Shown here: piece after piece, positions 1 to 8,876 of the stretch
How the letters are laid out: every line of letters begins with the position of its first letter
How positions within the stretch are numbered: position 1 is the first letter of the stretch
Source of the DNA: Spirochaetaceae bacterium
Lineage (GTDB): Bacteria; Spirochaetota; Spirochaetia; DSM-2461
Direction: 5' to 3'
Assembly: GCA_051531975.1 (NCBI GenBank)
Contig: JAOPTT010000002.1
Location: 537,968 to 601,967, forward strand
Length of the DNA stretch: 64,000 bases
Position numbers and translations under genes: made by a program
Notes under the pieces: generated by a model
Databases searched by the model: none
What the model was told of the DNA's origin: nothing
Seen by the model: the letters and a program-made list of their open reading frames with translations, nothing else

Positions 1-627
1 GAATTCCCAAAACCATTTGGTGAATTTAATCCTGATATTAATCATAATAATATTAGACAAAATTATGCTGCTATGATGGAAAACATTGATAATAATGTTA
101 AAAAAATACTAGATCACCCAAGGATAAAGGATGAGTTAGATAATACTATAATTGTTTTCTCCTCTGATCATGGAGATATGTTAGGGGATCATGGTGTATA
201 TGAAAAACATCTGCCATATAATGGTTCTACCCATGTTCCTATGTTTATTTCCGGAAAAGATATTAGTAAAGGGCAAAATATCGAGGCTCCTATATCCATA
301 TTAGATCTACCTGGTACTTTTTTAGAGCTTTCAGGAACATCCAAGGAAGTCTTACATAATAGCTACTCTTTAATGCCTTTAATAAACTCAGGGAAAGTAA
401 ATAGAAAAATTATTAAATCCGCACTATTTGTCGATAATATTCCTAAAAGACAGTGGAGAATGTCTGTTAATGATAAATTTAAATATATTCAGTGGTTTGA
501 TGGAAGAGAAGCTCTTTATGCTTTAAATGACTACAAGGAATTAAATAATATTATCAATAACTTTCCAGAAGTTGCCTATGAGTTACAAAAATATATTGGC
601 GGATTTATAACAACAAATAATTCTTAG
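1..627 (+). CDS. Sulfatase family protein, C-terminal part (5' end lies outside the window)
   Basis: Frame is open from base 1 (EFPKPFGEF...NYAAMMENID). Sulfatase motifs VFSSDHGDMLGDHG, EKH, HVPMFISG, LDLPGT. Confidence 0.85.
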   Translation, partial: EFPKPFGEFNPDINHNNIRQNYAAMMENIDNNVKKILDHPRIKDELDNTIIVFSSDHGDMLGDHGVYEKHLPYNGSTHVPMFISGKDISKGQNIEAPISILDLPGTFLELSGTSKEVLHNSYSLMPLINSGKVNRKIIKSALFVDNIPKRQWRMSVNDKFKYIQWFDGREALYALNDYKELNNIINNFPEVAYELQKYIGGFITTNNS

Positions 628-658
628 GTTTGTTGTTATTATAGATCTGTATGGAGAA

Positions 659-2050
659 ATGAAAATGAAAAAAAATATTGTATTCTTTTTTACAGATGAT
701 CAACGTTTTGATACTATATCTGCTTTAGGTAATAAAGATGTTATAACCCCAAATATGGACAGGCTTGTTCATAATGGGACAACCTTTACTCATGCACATA
801 TCCCATGTGGAACGTCAGGTGCAGTTTGCATGCCTAGTAGAGCTATGTTACATACTGGAAGAACTCTTTTCCATCTTCAGGATGAAGGACAGGAAATTCC
901 TGAAGAACATATTACATTAGGCGAAACTTTACAGAAAGCAGGTTATGAGACTTTTGGTACAGGGAAATGGCATAATGGGACATCATCTTATGCTAGAAGT
1001 TTTACAGCTGGTGGAGAGATTTTTTTTGGTGGAATGTTTGATCATTGGAATGTCCCGGCATATAATTTTGATCCGACCGGGAAGTATGATAAAACTGTAC
1101 CATATGCTACTGCTGCATTTAGTTCCAGAAAATTAAATATTATGAACACTGATCATATCACCCCAGGTAAACACTCCTCGGAACTGTTTGGTGAAGTATC
1201 AGCAGAGTGGATTAAAAATTATAGTTCCGATAAACCATTTTTCAGTTATATCTCATTTATGGCTCCCCACGATCCAAGAACTATGCCTGAAAAATTTAAA
1301 AATATGTACAATGCAAAAGATATTCCACTACCGGAAAATTATCTGCCGGAACACCCATTTGATTTTGGTATAAGGGATTTAAGGGATGAAGTCTTGGCTC
1401 CATATCCAAGACAACCCCAGGAAGTTAAAGAACACATTGCAGAATATTATGGTATGATTACACATCTGGATAACGAGATGGGTAAAGTTATTAAAGCTGT
1501 TGAAGATAGAGGAGAGCTTGAATATACACTATTCATTTTTGCAGGTGATAACGGTTTAGCTTTAGGGCAACATGGACTTTTTGGTAAACAGAATCACTAT
1601 GAACACAGTATACGGGTACCTCTTATATTCTCTGGCCCCGGTATTCCTAAAGGTGAATTAAGGGATTCTTATGCCTATCTGTTAGACATATATCCAACAA
1701 TTTGTGAATATCTTAAGTTAGATAAGCCCGGAACAGTAGAAGGCAAAAGTCTAATTCCTCTTATAGATAATGTTAAAGCTATAAATAGGGAAACTCTGTA
1801 TTTTGCCTATACTGATATTATGAGGGGTGTGAAAGATGATAGGTATAAACTTATTGAATATGCGACACACTGCTGTAGAAAAACCCAACTTTTTGATTTG
1901 AAAAATGATCCTAACGAGATGAATGACCTATCAGATGACTTAACATATCTGGGCATAAAAAATAATCTAAGAAGTCAGATGTATATTTTAAGAGATGAGT
2001 GGGATGATAAAGAACATCCATTAGGCAAGAAGTTCTGGGAAAGATATTAG
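659..2050 (+). CDS. Formylglycine-dependent (Cys-type) sulfatase, choline-sulfatase-like
   Basis: FTDDQ, CMPSRAMLHTGR (CxPxR), GKWH, APHDP, GDNG...GKQN motifs; GGAG RBS upstream. Confidence 0.92.
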   Translation: MKMKKNIVFFFTDDQRFDTISALGNKDVITPNMDRLVHNGTTFTHAHIPCGTSGAVCMPSRAMLHTGRTLFHLQDEGQEIPEEHITLGETLQKAGYETFGTGKWHNGTSSYARSFTAGGEIFFGGMFDHWNVPAYNFDPTGKYDKTVPYATAAFSSRKLNIMNTDHITPGKHSSELFGEVSAEWIKNYSSDKPFFSYISFMAPHDPRTMPEKFKNMYNAKDIPLPENYLPEHPFDFGIRDLRDEVLAPYPRQPQEVKEHIAEYYGMITHLDNEMGKVIKAVEDRGELEYTLFIFAGDNGLALGQHGLFGKQNHYEHSIRVPLIFSGPGIPKGELRDSYAYLLDIYPTICEYLKLDKPGTVEGKSLIPLIDNVKAINRETLYFAYTDIMRGVKDDRYKLIEYATHCCRKTQLFDLKNDPNEMNDLSDDLTYLGIKNNLRSQMYILRDEWDDKEHPLGKKFWERY

Positions 2051-2070
2051 GAGCATAGTTTGTTTTAATG

Positions 2071-2095
2071 ATATAGAGCCCTAAGGGCCCTATAT
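2071..2095. terminator. Probable bidirectional intrinsic terminator
   Basis: ATATAGAGCCC-TAA-GGGCCCTATAT stem (1 mismatch) between convergent genes. Confidence 0.6.
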
Positions 2096-2100
2096 ATTAA

Positions 2101-3315
2101 CTATTGAACCCGTTCAACATGTTTAGACATCTCTTTGTTAATACCACCAAGAGATTCAATATTATCAGCCATAACTGTAAGTTGTTCCCTTTTATATGTA
2201 TCAAGAATATCAAATGCTTCAACACTATTATTAAATGAGATCTTAAGTGCATCAATAAGACTTGTTAGGTCATTTGCGCTCTTAATTATATCAACACCCT
2301 GAGTTTTAGCTTTCTCAGATGTACTCTTCATTGTTTCTGCAATAAATTCGTTTGTTGCATCAATAGCTTTCTTCTGACGTTTTTGGTGCATTAAAGCAAT
2401 TTCCATTGCCGCTGCAGATTCAAGTGCAATTTTAGCTAGATTTAATGTTCTATCAGTTGCTCTAATTAGCTCATCATTACCTCTAATAATAATGTCAGCA
2501 ACCATTATAGCCTGATTTGCTGCACCTAACGATAGCTGCATATCCTGAGTCTCTTGTCTTAAGCTATATAAAATATCCTCTTCAACAAAAGCGATATCTG
2601 TAAGTTCTCCAGAATCTACTAGTTTCACAATCTCAGAATCAAATAACATTGTTTCTTGTATTTTATCAGCTAGAGTAAAAACTATTTTAATAAGGCTATT
2701 TTTATCCGCTCTAAGGCTAATATTATCTTTTTGTAGAACTTCCTTACCTCTTTCTAGATTAACATATATATCATCAATAACCCTTGATACTGTTTGGTAC
2801 TGGCTCCACCACGCTTCTAATTTACTTCCAACACCTGGTATTTTGCTAAATAGTTTTCTAAGTCCACCATCAGTTAAACTCCGACTATTAGGGTTAATAG
2901 ACTCCATCTTTCCTCTTAATGTTAAAAGACCTGTAGATATATCTCCACCTTCTTTGTTTTTTTCCATTAAGTCTTTCATTGGAGCACTTAAAAGTTCACT
3001 TCTGTGGGAAATTCCTTTTCTTATCTCTAGACCAATTGATTTAGTTTTATCAGAAAATGCAGTTTTTGCATCAATATCTCTTTTACCAAACCCTTTAATC
3101 TCTACAACAAGTTTTGCAACACTATTTTTTACTTCTTCTGGAATTTCTTCTTCTAAAATATTCTCAGGAGAAACACTTCCAGCTTTTACTGCAATCTCTT
3201 TACTGTTTAAGTTCTTTACTGAATCTCCAGCATTTTCAATTACCTTTGCATGCTTTAACTCTTCTTTTATCTCTGTAGACTTATTTGCATTTTCTAATAT
3301 TTGTGTTGTTGACAT
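2101..3315 (-). CDS. telA: Toxic anion resistance protein (TelA family)
   Basis: Helical coiled-coil protein with TelA-like pattern (LLTLRGKMESINP, KLFSKIPGVG, QYQTVSRVIDDI, L.KDN..L, IIRGNDELIR.TDR); last gene of a vWA operon. Confidence 0.8.
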   Translation of the reverse strand: MSTTQILENANKSTEIKEELKHAKVIENAGDSVKNLNSKEIAVKAGSVSPENILEEEIPEEVKNSVAKLVVEIKGFGKRDIDAKTAFSDKTKSIGLEIRKGISHRSELLSAPMKDLMEKNKEGGDISTGLLTLRGKMESINPNSRSLTDGGLRKLFSKIPGVGSKLEAWWSQYQTVSRVIDDIYVNLERGKEVLQKDNISLRADKNSLIKIVFTLADKIQETMLFDSEIVKLVDSGELTDIAFVEEDILYSLRQETQDMQLSLGAANQAIMVADIIIRGNDELIRATDRTLNLAKIALESAAAMEIALMHQKRQKKAIDATNEFIAETMKSTSEKAKTQGVDIIKSANDLTSLIDALKISFNNSVEAFDILDTYKREQLTVMADNIESLGGINKEMSKHVERVQ

Positions 3316-3323
3316 TTTAACTC

Positions 3324-3710
3324 CTATTTTTCTATTTTAATTATATTCCAATTTTTTGCTTTTATATCTGTAAAACTTAACAAATATCTAAGATCATAAT
3401 CACCTTTAGGATATAGCTTATCTAATCTAGAAACATCCATAGTTCCAAACGAAACCCTGAAAAGACTATCTAAATTAGCATCTTTTCCTAAGTAAGTTTT
3501 ATCGGTACCATAGTGAAAGTTTTTGTATCTTGAATCTTCTTTAAGAATCTCAATCTCTTTAACTATATCGTTCCGATGTGTAGTTAAACCATAAGATGTT
3601 TCAACTACAACAGCAACTTCTTTAGGGTTTTGTGTAAAGTAAATATGACCAGCTAAAATCATACCTAACTGTAGTACTATTATTATAATTATAGATACTA
3701 ACTTACCCAT
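3324..3710 (-). CDS. Small membrane-anchored hypothetical protein, possible degenerate vWA-like fold
   Basis: N-terminal TM, then VAVVVETSYGL resembling a degenerate DxSxS strand; RBS; operonic. Confidence 0.6.
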   Translation of the reverse strand: MGKLVSIIIIIVLQLGMILAGHIYFTQNPKEVAVVVETSYGLTTHRNDIVKEIEILKEDSRYKNFHYGTDKTYLGKDANLDSLFRVSFGTMDVSRLDKLYPKGDYDLRYLLSFTDIKAKNWNIIKIEK

Positions 3711-3720
3711 TAAAACTCTC

Positions 3721-5394
3721 CTACATCTGTGCGTTTAACAGATTTCCAATATTATACGATGCTGAATCGGTTGATGACTCTGTGTATGATGCTTCAACTA
3801 AACTAGCAATATCTTTTAACTCACTTAATCCCATACCGTAAGCAATTGCATGTACTGGAATACCTATAGCTTTTATAACATTTTTAACCTTGGAAATATC
3901 GTATCCAGCAGTGGTTTGTCCATCAGATAAAATAAAACACATTAGTTTATGGTCAGGATTACTTTCTCCAAATGTTCTAAGCTCATCTAATGCAACTAAT
4001 ATAGCATCGTTAGTAGCAGTACCACCACCAGCATCTAGATCCTCAACTGCACCTATAAACTGTGCTTTATGTTGAATTCCAAACGTTCTAATTGGTAAAT
4101 CTACATTTACTGTATTACTATATGATACAAGTCCAATAGAGTTATTTGTTGATATAAATGATGAAGCACTATCTAATGCTTCTTTTAGTGCGTTTATATT
4201 TGGACCATCCATACTACCAGACACATCAGCAACAAATACAGCTGCAATTGGCTTACCACCAGATTTTTTGTCTTTCCAAATTTTCTGTGCTTGGCTAATA
4301 ACAACTCCATCTTTTATGCTATATGTATCTTTATGAGAAGGACCTTTACCAAAACCAAACTTACTTGTCTCAGCTTTATTTGATTCTATGAACTTTGCAA
4401 ACAACTTTAATACTTCAATTTCATTAACATCAGCCTCTTCAGTTGAATATAGAGGAGAGTTATGTTTCACACCAAATGGTATAAACTCATAACCACCTAG
4501 ACCTTTTGCTTCTACAAAAGTTTGATGTTCAAGAACAAATGCATCTAATACACCACTATTTAATGTAGCATCTCTCATTTGAAGTGTATTTTGTGCAACA
4601 AATGGAACACCCATTTGAAAAGCCTCAAAAGCGGAAGCTACTTCAGGATTAAGCATATTAGCTTCATCGCCCTGGGCAAATGCATCTAGTATAGTTAATA
4701 AAAAGTTTAATCCAGTTGAAGATTGAAATGGGTTTGTATATCCCATTGCAAAATTCCCACTAGTTACTTCTGTTAATAATTTTTGAATATCTAATTTACC
4801 ATTAGTTGTTATTAAATCAACTTTATCACTCTTAATTATAATTCCTGCTGTATTCTCTGCAGTTTTTTCTGCAATTGTAATTAAATTACCACCTTGAGCA
4901 TTTATCATTTTGCCCCATAAGGCATTACTTGGTGAGTAAGCATCAGGTGTATTAACACCTGCTAATATGAAAGATGCACCAGCACCAGATGCGATTTTTC
5001 TTATACCAATTTTTGCAACTTTACCATTTGAGATGTTATATGCTTGTTTATTAAATGCTTGTGCCATTTTAACATATAATCCATCAGTACCCTCACCAGC
5101 TTTTTCAGATGACGTAAATATTTGTGCAACTTCTACAGTAGAAGAATCAGAAACATCTAATGTTATTGGATACTCATTAATATCTGGTAACAACTCTAAA
5201 AGGTTTGTTGATGTTAATGAAATATTTGCTTTTCTCGTACTTTCAAAATACGATGGATCTATTTTTTTTAATAATTTATCAAGTTTTGCAATTTCATTTT
5301 CATCTCCAACTTGAACACCACTACCCCTATTTGAAATTTCTTCACAGCTAAATAGTAGAAATACCATAGCCAATAAAATTAAAATCTTTTTCAT
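3721..5394 (-). CDS. Lipoprotein with solute-binding-protein domain and C-terminal vWA domain
   Basis: Lipobox FLLFSC; SBP-like TNPFQSSTG; vWA MIDAS DVSGSM, GGT, LSDG. Confidence 0.85.
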   Translation of the reverse strand: MKKILILLAMVFLLFSCEEISNRGSGVQVGDENEIAKLDKLLKKIDPSYFESTRKANISLTSTNLLELLPDINEYPITLDVSDSSTVEVAQIFTSSEKAGEGTDGLYVKMAQAFNKQAYNISNGKVAKIGIRKIASGAGASFILAGVNTPDAYSPSNALWGKMINAQGGNLITIAEKTAENTAGIIIKSDKVDLITTNGKLDIQKLLTEVTSGNFAMGYTNPFQSSTGLNFLLTILDAFAQGDEANMLNPEVASAFEAFQMGVPFVAQNTLQMRDATLNSGVLDAFVLEHQTFVEAKGLGGYEFIPFGVKHNSPLYSTEEADVNEIEVLKLFAKFIESNKAETSKFGFGKGPSHKDTYSIKDGVVISQAQKIWKDKKSGGKPIAAVFVADVSGSMDGPNINALKEALDSASSFISTNNSIGLVSYSNTVNVDLPIRTFGIQHKAQFIGAVEDLDAGGGTATNDAILVALDELRTFGESNPDHKLMCFILSDGQTTAGYDISKVKNVIKAIGIPVHAIAYGMGLSELKDIASLVEASYTESSTDSASYNIGNLLNAQM

Positions 5395-5403
5395 AAACTC
5401 TCC

Positions 5404-6096
5404 TTATTTTTTACTGTACTGTTTAGCTCTCTCAGTCAACTCTTTAAGTCTATTAAGAGATTCATCATATTCAAATGACCCAATATCTTTAATATTTGCG
5501 ACTTCTACAGAGATAACATTAAGTGCTTTTAGTAACTCTTTATTACTTTCTATAATATTTAATATGTATTTCCTCTGTTTCTCTACTATATCTAGATCAT
5601 CTTCAGGAATATTTGAACCATATCTCTCTTCTACTGTTTCAATACTAATATCTGCAATTAATATATCTTTTAAGTTTTGTCTAACAAGATTAAAAACTCT
5701 CTCAGATTCTGTAATATAACTGCTATGAGTAATTGTTGAACTACCTAACTTCTCTTTAACAACTCTTCGAAAGTCATTTAATAACAAAAGTAACTTTTCA
5801 GATTGTTCCGATGCTACAGGTTGATCTGCTATTAGAAGATCTTTTTTAAGTTTTGATATCTCATCGAATAGTTCTTCTTCATCTTTTAATATTGAATCCT
5901 TAATTTCTTTTTCTTTATCAGCTTTTAAATTACCAGATAGAATATAAACTAACACACCTATAATTGAACAAACTAATGTTCCTACAAAAAATAAGATGAA
6001 AGTTACAATATTTAAATCGAATAAAACTTTAGCGAATAACGATATTAAAAAACCACTTATTAATGAAATTATAAATATTTTCTTAATTTTAACCAC
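5404..6096 (-). CDS. Two-TM membrane protein with helical cytoplasmic domain (XpaC-like position upstream of telA)
   Basis: Two N-terminal hydrophobic helices and a coiled-coil C-terminus; first gene of the operon; start codon uncertain. Confidence 0.6.
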   Translation of the reverse strand: MVKIKKIFIISLISGFLISLFAKVLFDLNIVTFILFFVGTLVCSIIGVLVYILSGNLKADKEKEIKDSILKDEEELFDEISKLKKDLLIADQPVASEQSEKLLLLLNDFRRVVKEKLGSSTITHSSYITESERVFNLVRQNLKDILIADISIETVEERYGSNIPEDDLDIVEKQRKYILNIIESNKELLKALNVISVEVANIKDIGSFEYDESLNRLKELTERAKQYSKK

Positions 6097-6395
6097 CCCC
6101 GAAATTTTTAATTATGATAAACATATTAAATTATTTACATACAATATATTAATTGTAAGTAATTATAGATTATTTTTTACTTAAATGTACAATTGATTTA
6201 TAAAAAAATACAAATATAATAAGTCATAAATTATTAAATCGTTATCATTATAAATAATATAGTACCAAAATTAATAATCCTTAATGAAAATAAGTTCTAT
6301 AATAAAACCTAAAGTATACACATAATTGCTTTGTAGAGGGTTTTACTCCAGGTTAGTAGACATCATTATGTATAATTGTCTATATTCGTATACAT

Positions 6396-7130
6396 ATGAA
6401 ACATATAAATTTAATAATTATTTCAATCCTAATTTTCCTTAATATATCTAGTATATATTCTCAGAGTAGTACAAGTTTTAATTCTTTAAACCAGACTCTT
6501 TCTTCTAATGATAAAAGTGAAAGTCGTATCTCTTCTGGAATGTTGTTATGGACTGATAGCCCATCATCAAGAGCTATTTATGAAGAACTAGAATCTCATG
6601 TAAACTTTTTATCTATGAATATTAGGAATAACAGTGATCTAATTTCTTATTACAATAGTAGAGAAGCATACCTAGAAAACATAGGTGATACATTAAATAA
6701 TATCCGTGATTTGATACTTAAAAGATCCAATAGCTTTTATGGGCCTGATGAGTGGGAAATTATCGATTCTGAAATCTTTATACATTATTCTGGAATATTA
6801 AACGAATTAGCATGGGCTCAGTTTAATACTATTCCGATGTTTGGTTCCTGGATGGAAAACATTGATCTTAAAAACAGATTCAAAGAGGGCAATTTTTATA
6901 CTTTAAAAGGTATTGATCGGATATTACAAGCTGTAAGATCTGAAAGGTCCAGGATAGGTGCAATAACTAATACTCTTGGTTTTAGAGGGGATAGGTTGGC
7001 TACTGAAGAGGAGAATACAATGTCTTTTCAGAGTAGTGGTGATACGGATTTTGCTAAAGAATTAATTAATATGAAGAGAAACGAGATAATGTTCTTTTCA
7101 AATATTTTTTTGCTTAAGCAGCAGAAATAG
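6396..7130 (+). CDS. Miniature flagellin (FlaB-like) homologue with predicted N-terminal Sec signal peptide
   Basis: Flagellin_N pattern (SRISSG...IRN..D.IS....EAYL....DTLNNIRDL...SNSFY...EI...AQFN) and Flagellin_C pattern (IDRIL..VRSERSRIGAITNTL...EENT...DTDFAKEL...NEI), preceded by MKH + hydrophobic core + IYS/Q. Confidence 0.8.
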   Translation: MKHINLIIISILIFLNISSIYSQSSTSFNSLNQTLSSNDKSESRISSGMLLWTDSPSSRAIYEELESHVNFLSMNIRNNSDLISYYNSREAYLENIGDTLNNIRDLILKRSNSFYGPDEWEIIDSEIFIHYSGILNELAWAQFNTIPMFGSWMENIDLKNRFKEGNFYTLKGIDRILQAVRSERSRIGAITNTLGFRGDRLATEEENTMSFQSSGDTDFAKELINMKRNEIMFFSNIFLLKQQK

Positions 7131-7172
7131 CTGAGTTATTATGAAATGTGGGAAGAGTCTGTTTAGTTAGGC

Positions 7173-7308
7173 TTAGAGTATATTGTACGTTTTTCCATCA
7201 GTGGCAGTTGTCCCAAAAATTGCGACAACTGAATGCTTTATTTGAACTCTCGCAAAAATTGCGATAGTTCAATATTTTGTTAATTCACTTCGGTAAAATA
7301 TTATTAAT
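7173..7308 (-). pseudogene. Decayed RhuM-family (virulence RhuM / DNA-binding protein) fragment
   Basis: Minus strand reads INNI-(frameshift)-YRSELTKY*TIAIFARVQIKHSVVAIFGTTATDGKTYNIL*, matching the RhuM signature HINNIx.EGEL....VVAxFATTAxDGKxY as I recall it. Confidence 0.65.
7205..7272. repeat. Two tandem related imperfect palindromes
   Basis: CAGTTGTCcCAA-AAA-TTGcGACAACTG (7205-7231) and TTGAACTcTCGCAA-AAA-TTGCGAtAGTTCAA (7242-7272); shared core CAAAAATTGCGA. Confidence 0.9.
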
Positions 7309-7378
7309 AAATAGATCGATTAACTTATATAAATATTAAAATACGAATCAATGCACTAAATCATAAAATAGTTCCTCA

Positions 7379-7407
7379 TTGACCTGTCAGTATAAAGAAT
7401 ATAAAAT
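7379..7407 (+). promoter_or_regulatory. Sigma70-type promoter, probably leaderless transcript of the MNT gene
   Basis: TTGACC-17 nt-TAAAAT, ATG 6 nt downstream, no SD. Confidence 0.55.
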
Positions 7408-7413
7408 TGTTAT

Positions 7414-7713
7414 ATGAATCTTAATGAAGCACCATCAGAGTTCCAAGAAGACATTTCTAATCTAGTTAGTTACTTAAACTCTATTGGTCTAGAAGAGGTA
7501 TATCTTTTTGGATCTCTAGCTAGAAATGAAGCAACAGATGACTCTGATATTGATATTGCTGTTAGAGGAATAAAAGCTGAAGACTTTTTTCAGGTTTATG
7601 GTGAACTTATGATGAGAACAACACACTCTCTCGACTTTATAGACCTTAACCTTCAGGAATCATTTGGAAACCAGCTCAGTAATAGTGGTGAGTTAAAAAG
7701 AGTATTTTTATGA
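7414..7713 (+). CDS. Minimal nucleotidyltransferase (MNT) antitoxin
   Basis: YLFGSLARNEATDDSDIDIAV (GS-x10-DxD); overlaps the downstream HEPN gene (ATGA). Confidence 0.88.
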   Translation: MNLNEAPSEFQEDISNLVSYLNSIGLEEVYLFGSLARNEATDDSDIDIAVRGIKAEDFFQVYGELMMRTTHSLDFIDLNLQESFGNQLSNSGELKRVFL

Positions 7714-8126
7714 CTCTAGAAGAGAGAGTTGAAGCTGAAATAAAAAATATTAATAGAGAGCTAGAAATAGTAATATTACTAACTAAAAAGCTAAATACTA
7801 ATTTATCTTTAGATGATATAGAAGTTAGAGCTGCAGCGTTATCTCTAGTTTCCATATATAATGGTATTGAAAAAATCCTAGTAAGAATTATTAAAAAAAA
7901 ACATACATTTCAAGAAAATTCAAACTGGCATACTAAATTATTAAATATTTCTTTGGAGATGGATTTAATAAAAAAGGATACATACGATGGTCTTAAAGGT
8001 TATCTAGCATTTAGGCATTTTGTTAGACATGCTTATAGCTTTGAGATTAATAAAGATGCCATAACTTCTATTCTTAAAATGGTTCCAAGTCTGATTCAGA
8101 AATTTACTAACGATCTTCCTTATTAA
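7710..8126 (+). CDS. HEPN RNase toxin (HepT/DUF86-like)
   Basis: RHFVRHAY (R-x4-H-x-Y), YNGIEKIL, WH.KLL; coupled to MNT. Confidence 0.85.
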   Translation: MTLEERVEAEIKNINRELEIVILLTKKLNTNLSLDDIEVRAAALSLVSIYNGIEKILVRIIKKKHTFQENSNWHTKLLNISLEMDLIKKDTYDGLKGYLAFRHFVRHAYSFEINKDAITSILKMVPSLIQKFTNDLPY

Positions 8127-8231
8127 AAAAATATTACTACATTAATAATATTGTAATTCCTTATGTATTACCGAGTTCTTTATCTAAAGTAAAATACGAT
8201 CTAATCTATTATTCAGAATATTAAAATAAAT

Positions 8232-8257
8232 TGTTACTATTTCCAATATTCCTCGTT
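8232..8257 (+). promoter_or_regulatory. Candidate ECF-sigma autoregulatory promoter
   Basis: TGTTAC-16 nt-CGTT, resembling SigW/SigX-type TGxAAC-N16-CGT, directly upstream of the ECF gene. Confidence 0.5.
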
Positions 8258-8276
8258 TTATATATTAGAATAAGGA

Positions 8277-8876
8277 GTGGATAGATTGGAAATGACGGAT
8301 ATAGAGATACTTAAAAGTATTAGATCAGGGAATTCTACTGAGTTTGTAAAACTCTACCAAAAGTATTTTGATAAAATTTACAGATACATTTATACAAAAA
8401 CATACCATAAAGAGAGTGCTGAAGATATTTCCAGCATTACATTTATTAAGGCCCTAGAAAATATATCAAAGTTTAAAGGTGATGGATCAAAATTAATCAG
8501 CTGGATATATAGGATCGCAAGTAATCAGGTAATTGATTACTACAGAAAAAGTACAAATGATAAAAACATAGACGATTTATGGGATCTCTCATCTAAAGAC
8601 GATATAGAAGTAGATCTAATAAATAAAGATAGTTTTGACTCTCTATATAAATACCTACATCAATTAAATAAATTAGAAAGGGATATAATTACACTTCATT
8701 TATGGGAAGAAAATACATTTAAAGAGATAGGATTCATCCTAAAGTTATCTGAAGGTAAATGTAAAATGACTTATTATAGATCCTTAAAAAAAATGAGAAA
8801 TAGTATTAAAGACATTATTACTATTTTAACAGCTCTAAAACCACTCTTATTAACAGGAGAAAACCATGATAAATAA
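8277..8876 (+). CDS. ECF (sigma-70 group 4) RNA polymerase sigma factor
   Basis: Region 2 (IYRYIY...AEDI...F.KA...SWIYRIASNQVIDYYRK) and region 4 (LHLWEENTFKEIG...SEGKCK); true start may be TTG 8286 or ATG 8292. Confidence 0.9.
   Translation: MDRLEMTDIEILKSIRSGNSTEFVKLYQKYFDKIYRYIYTKTYHKESAEDISSITFIKALENISKFKGDGSKLISWIYRIASNQVIDYYRKSTNDKNIDDLWDLSSKDDIEVDLINKDSFDSLYKYLHQLNKLERDIITLHLWEENTFKEIGFILKLSEGKCKMTYYRSLKKMRNSIKDIITILTALKPLLLTGENHDK

Noticed and set aside
7205..7272. Tandem palindromes as a mini-CRISPR or integron attC sites
   Set aside because: Only two non-identical units 10 bp apart, no cas or integrase gene, no RYYYAAC/GTTRRRY ends; better explained as RhuM-type coding palindromes.
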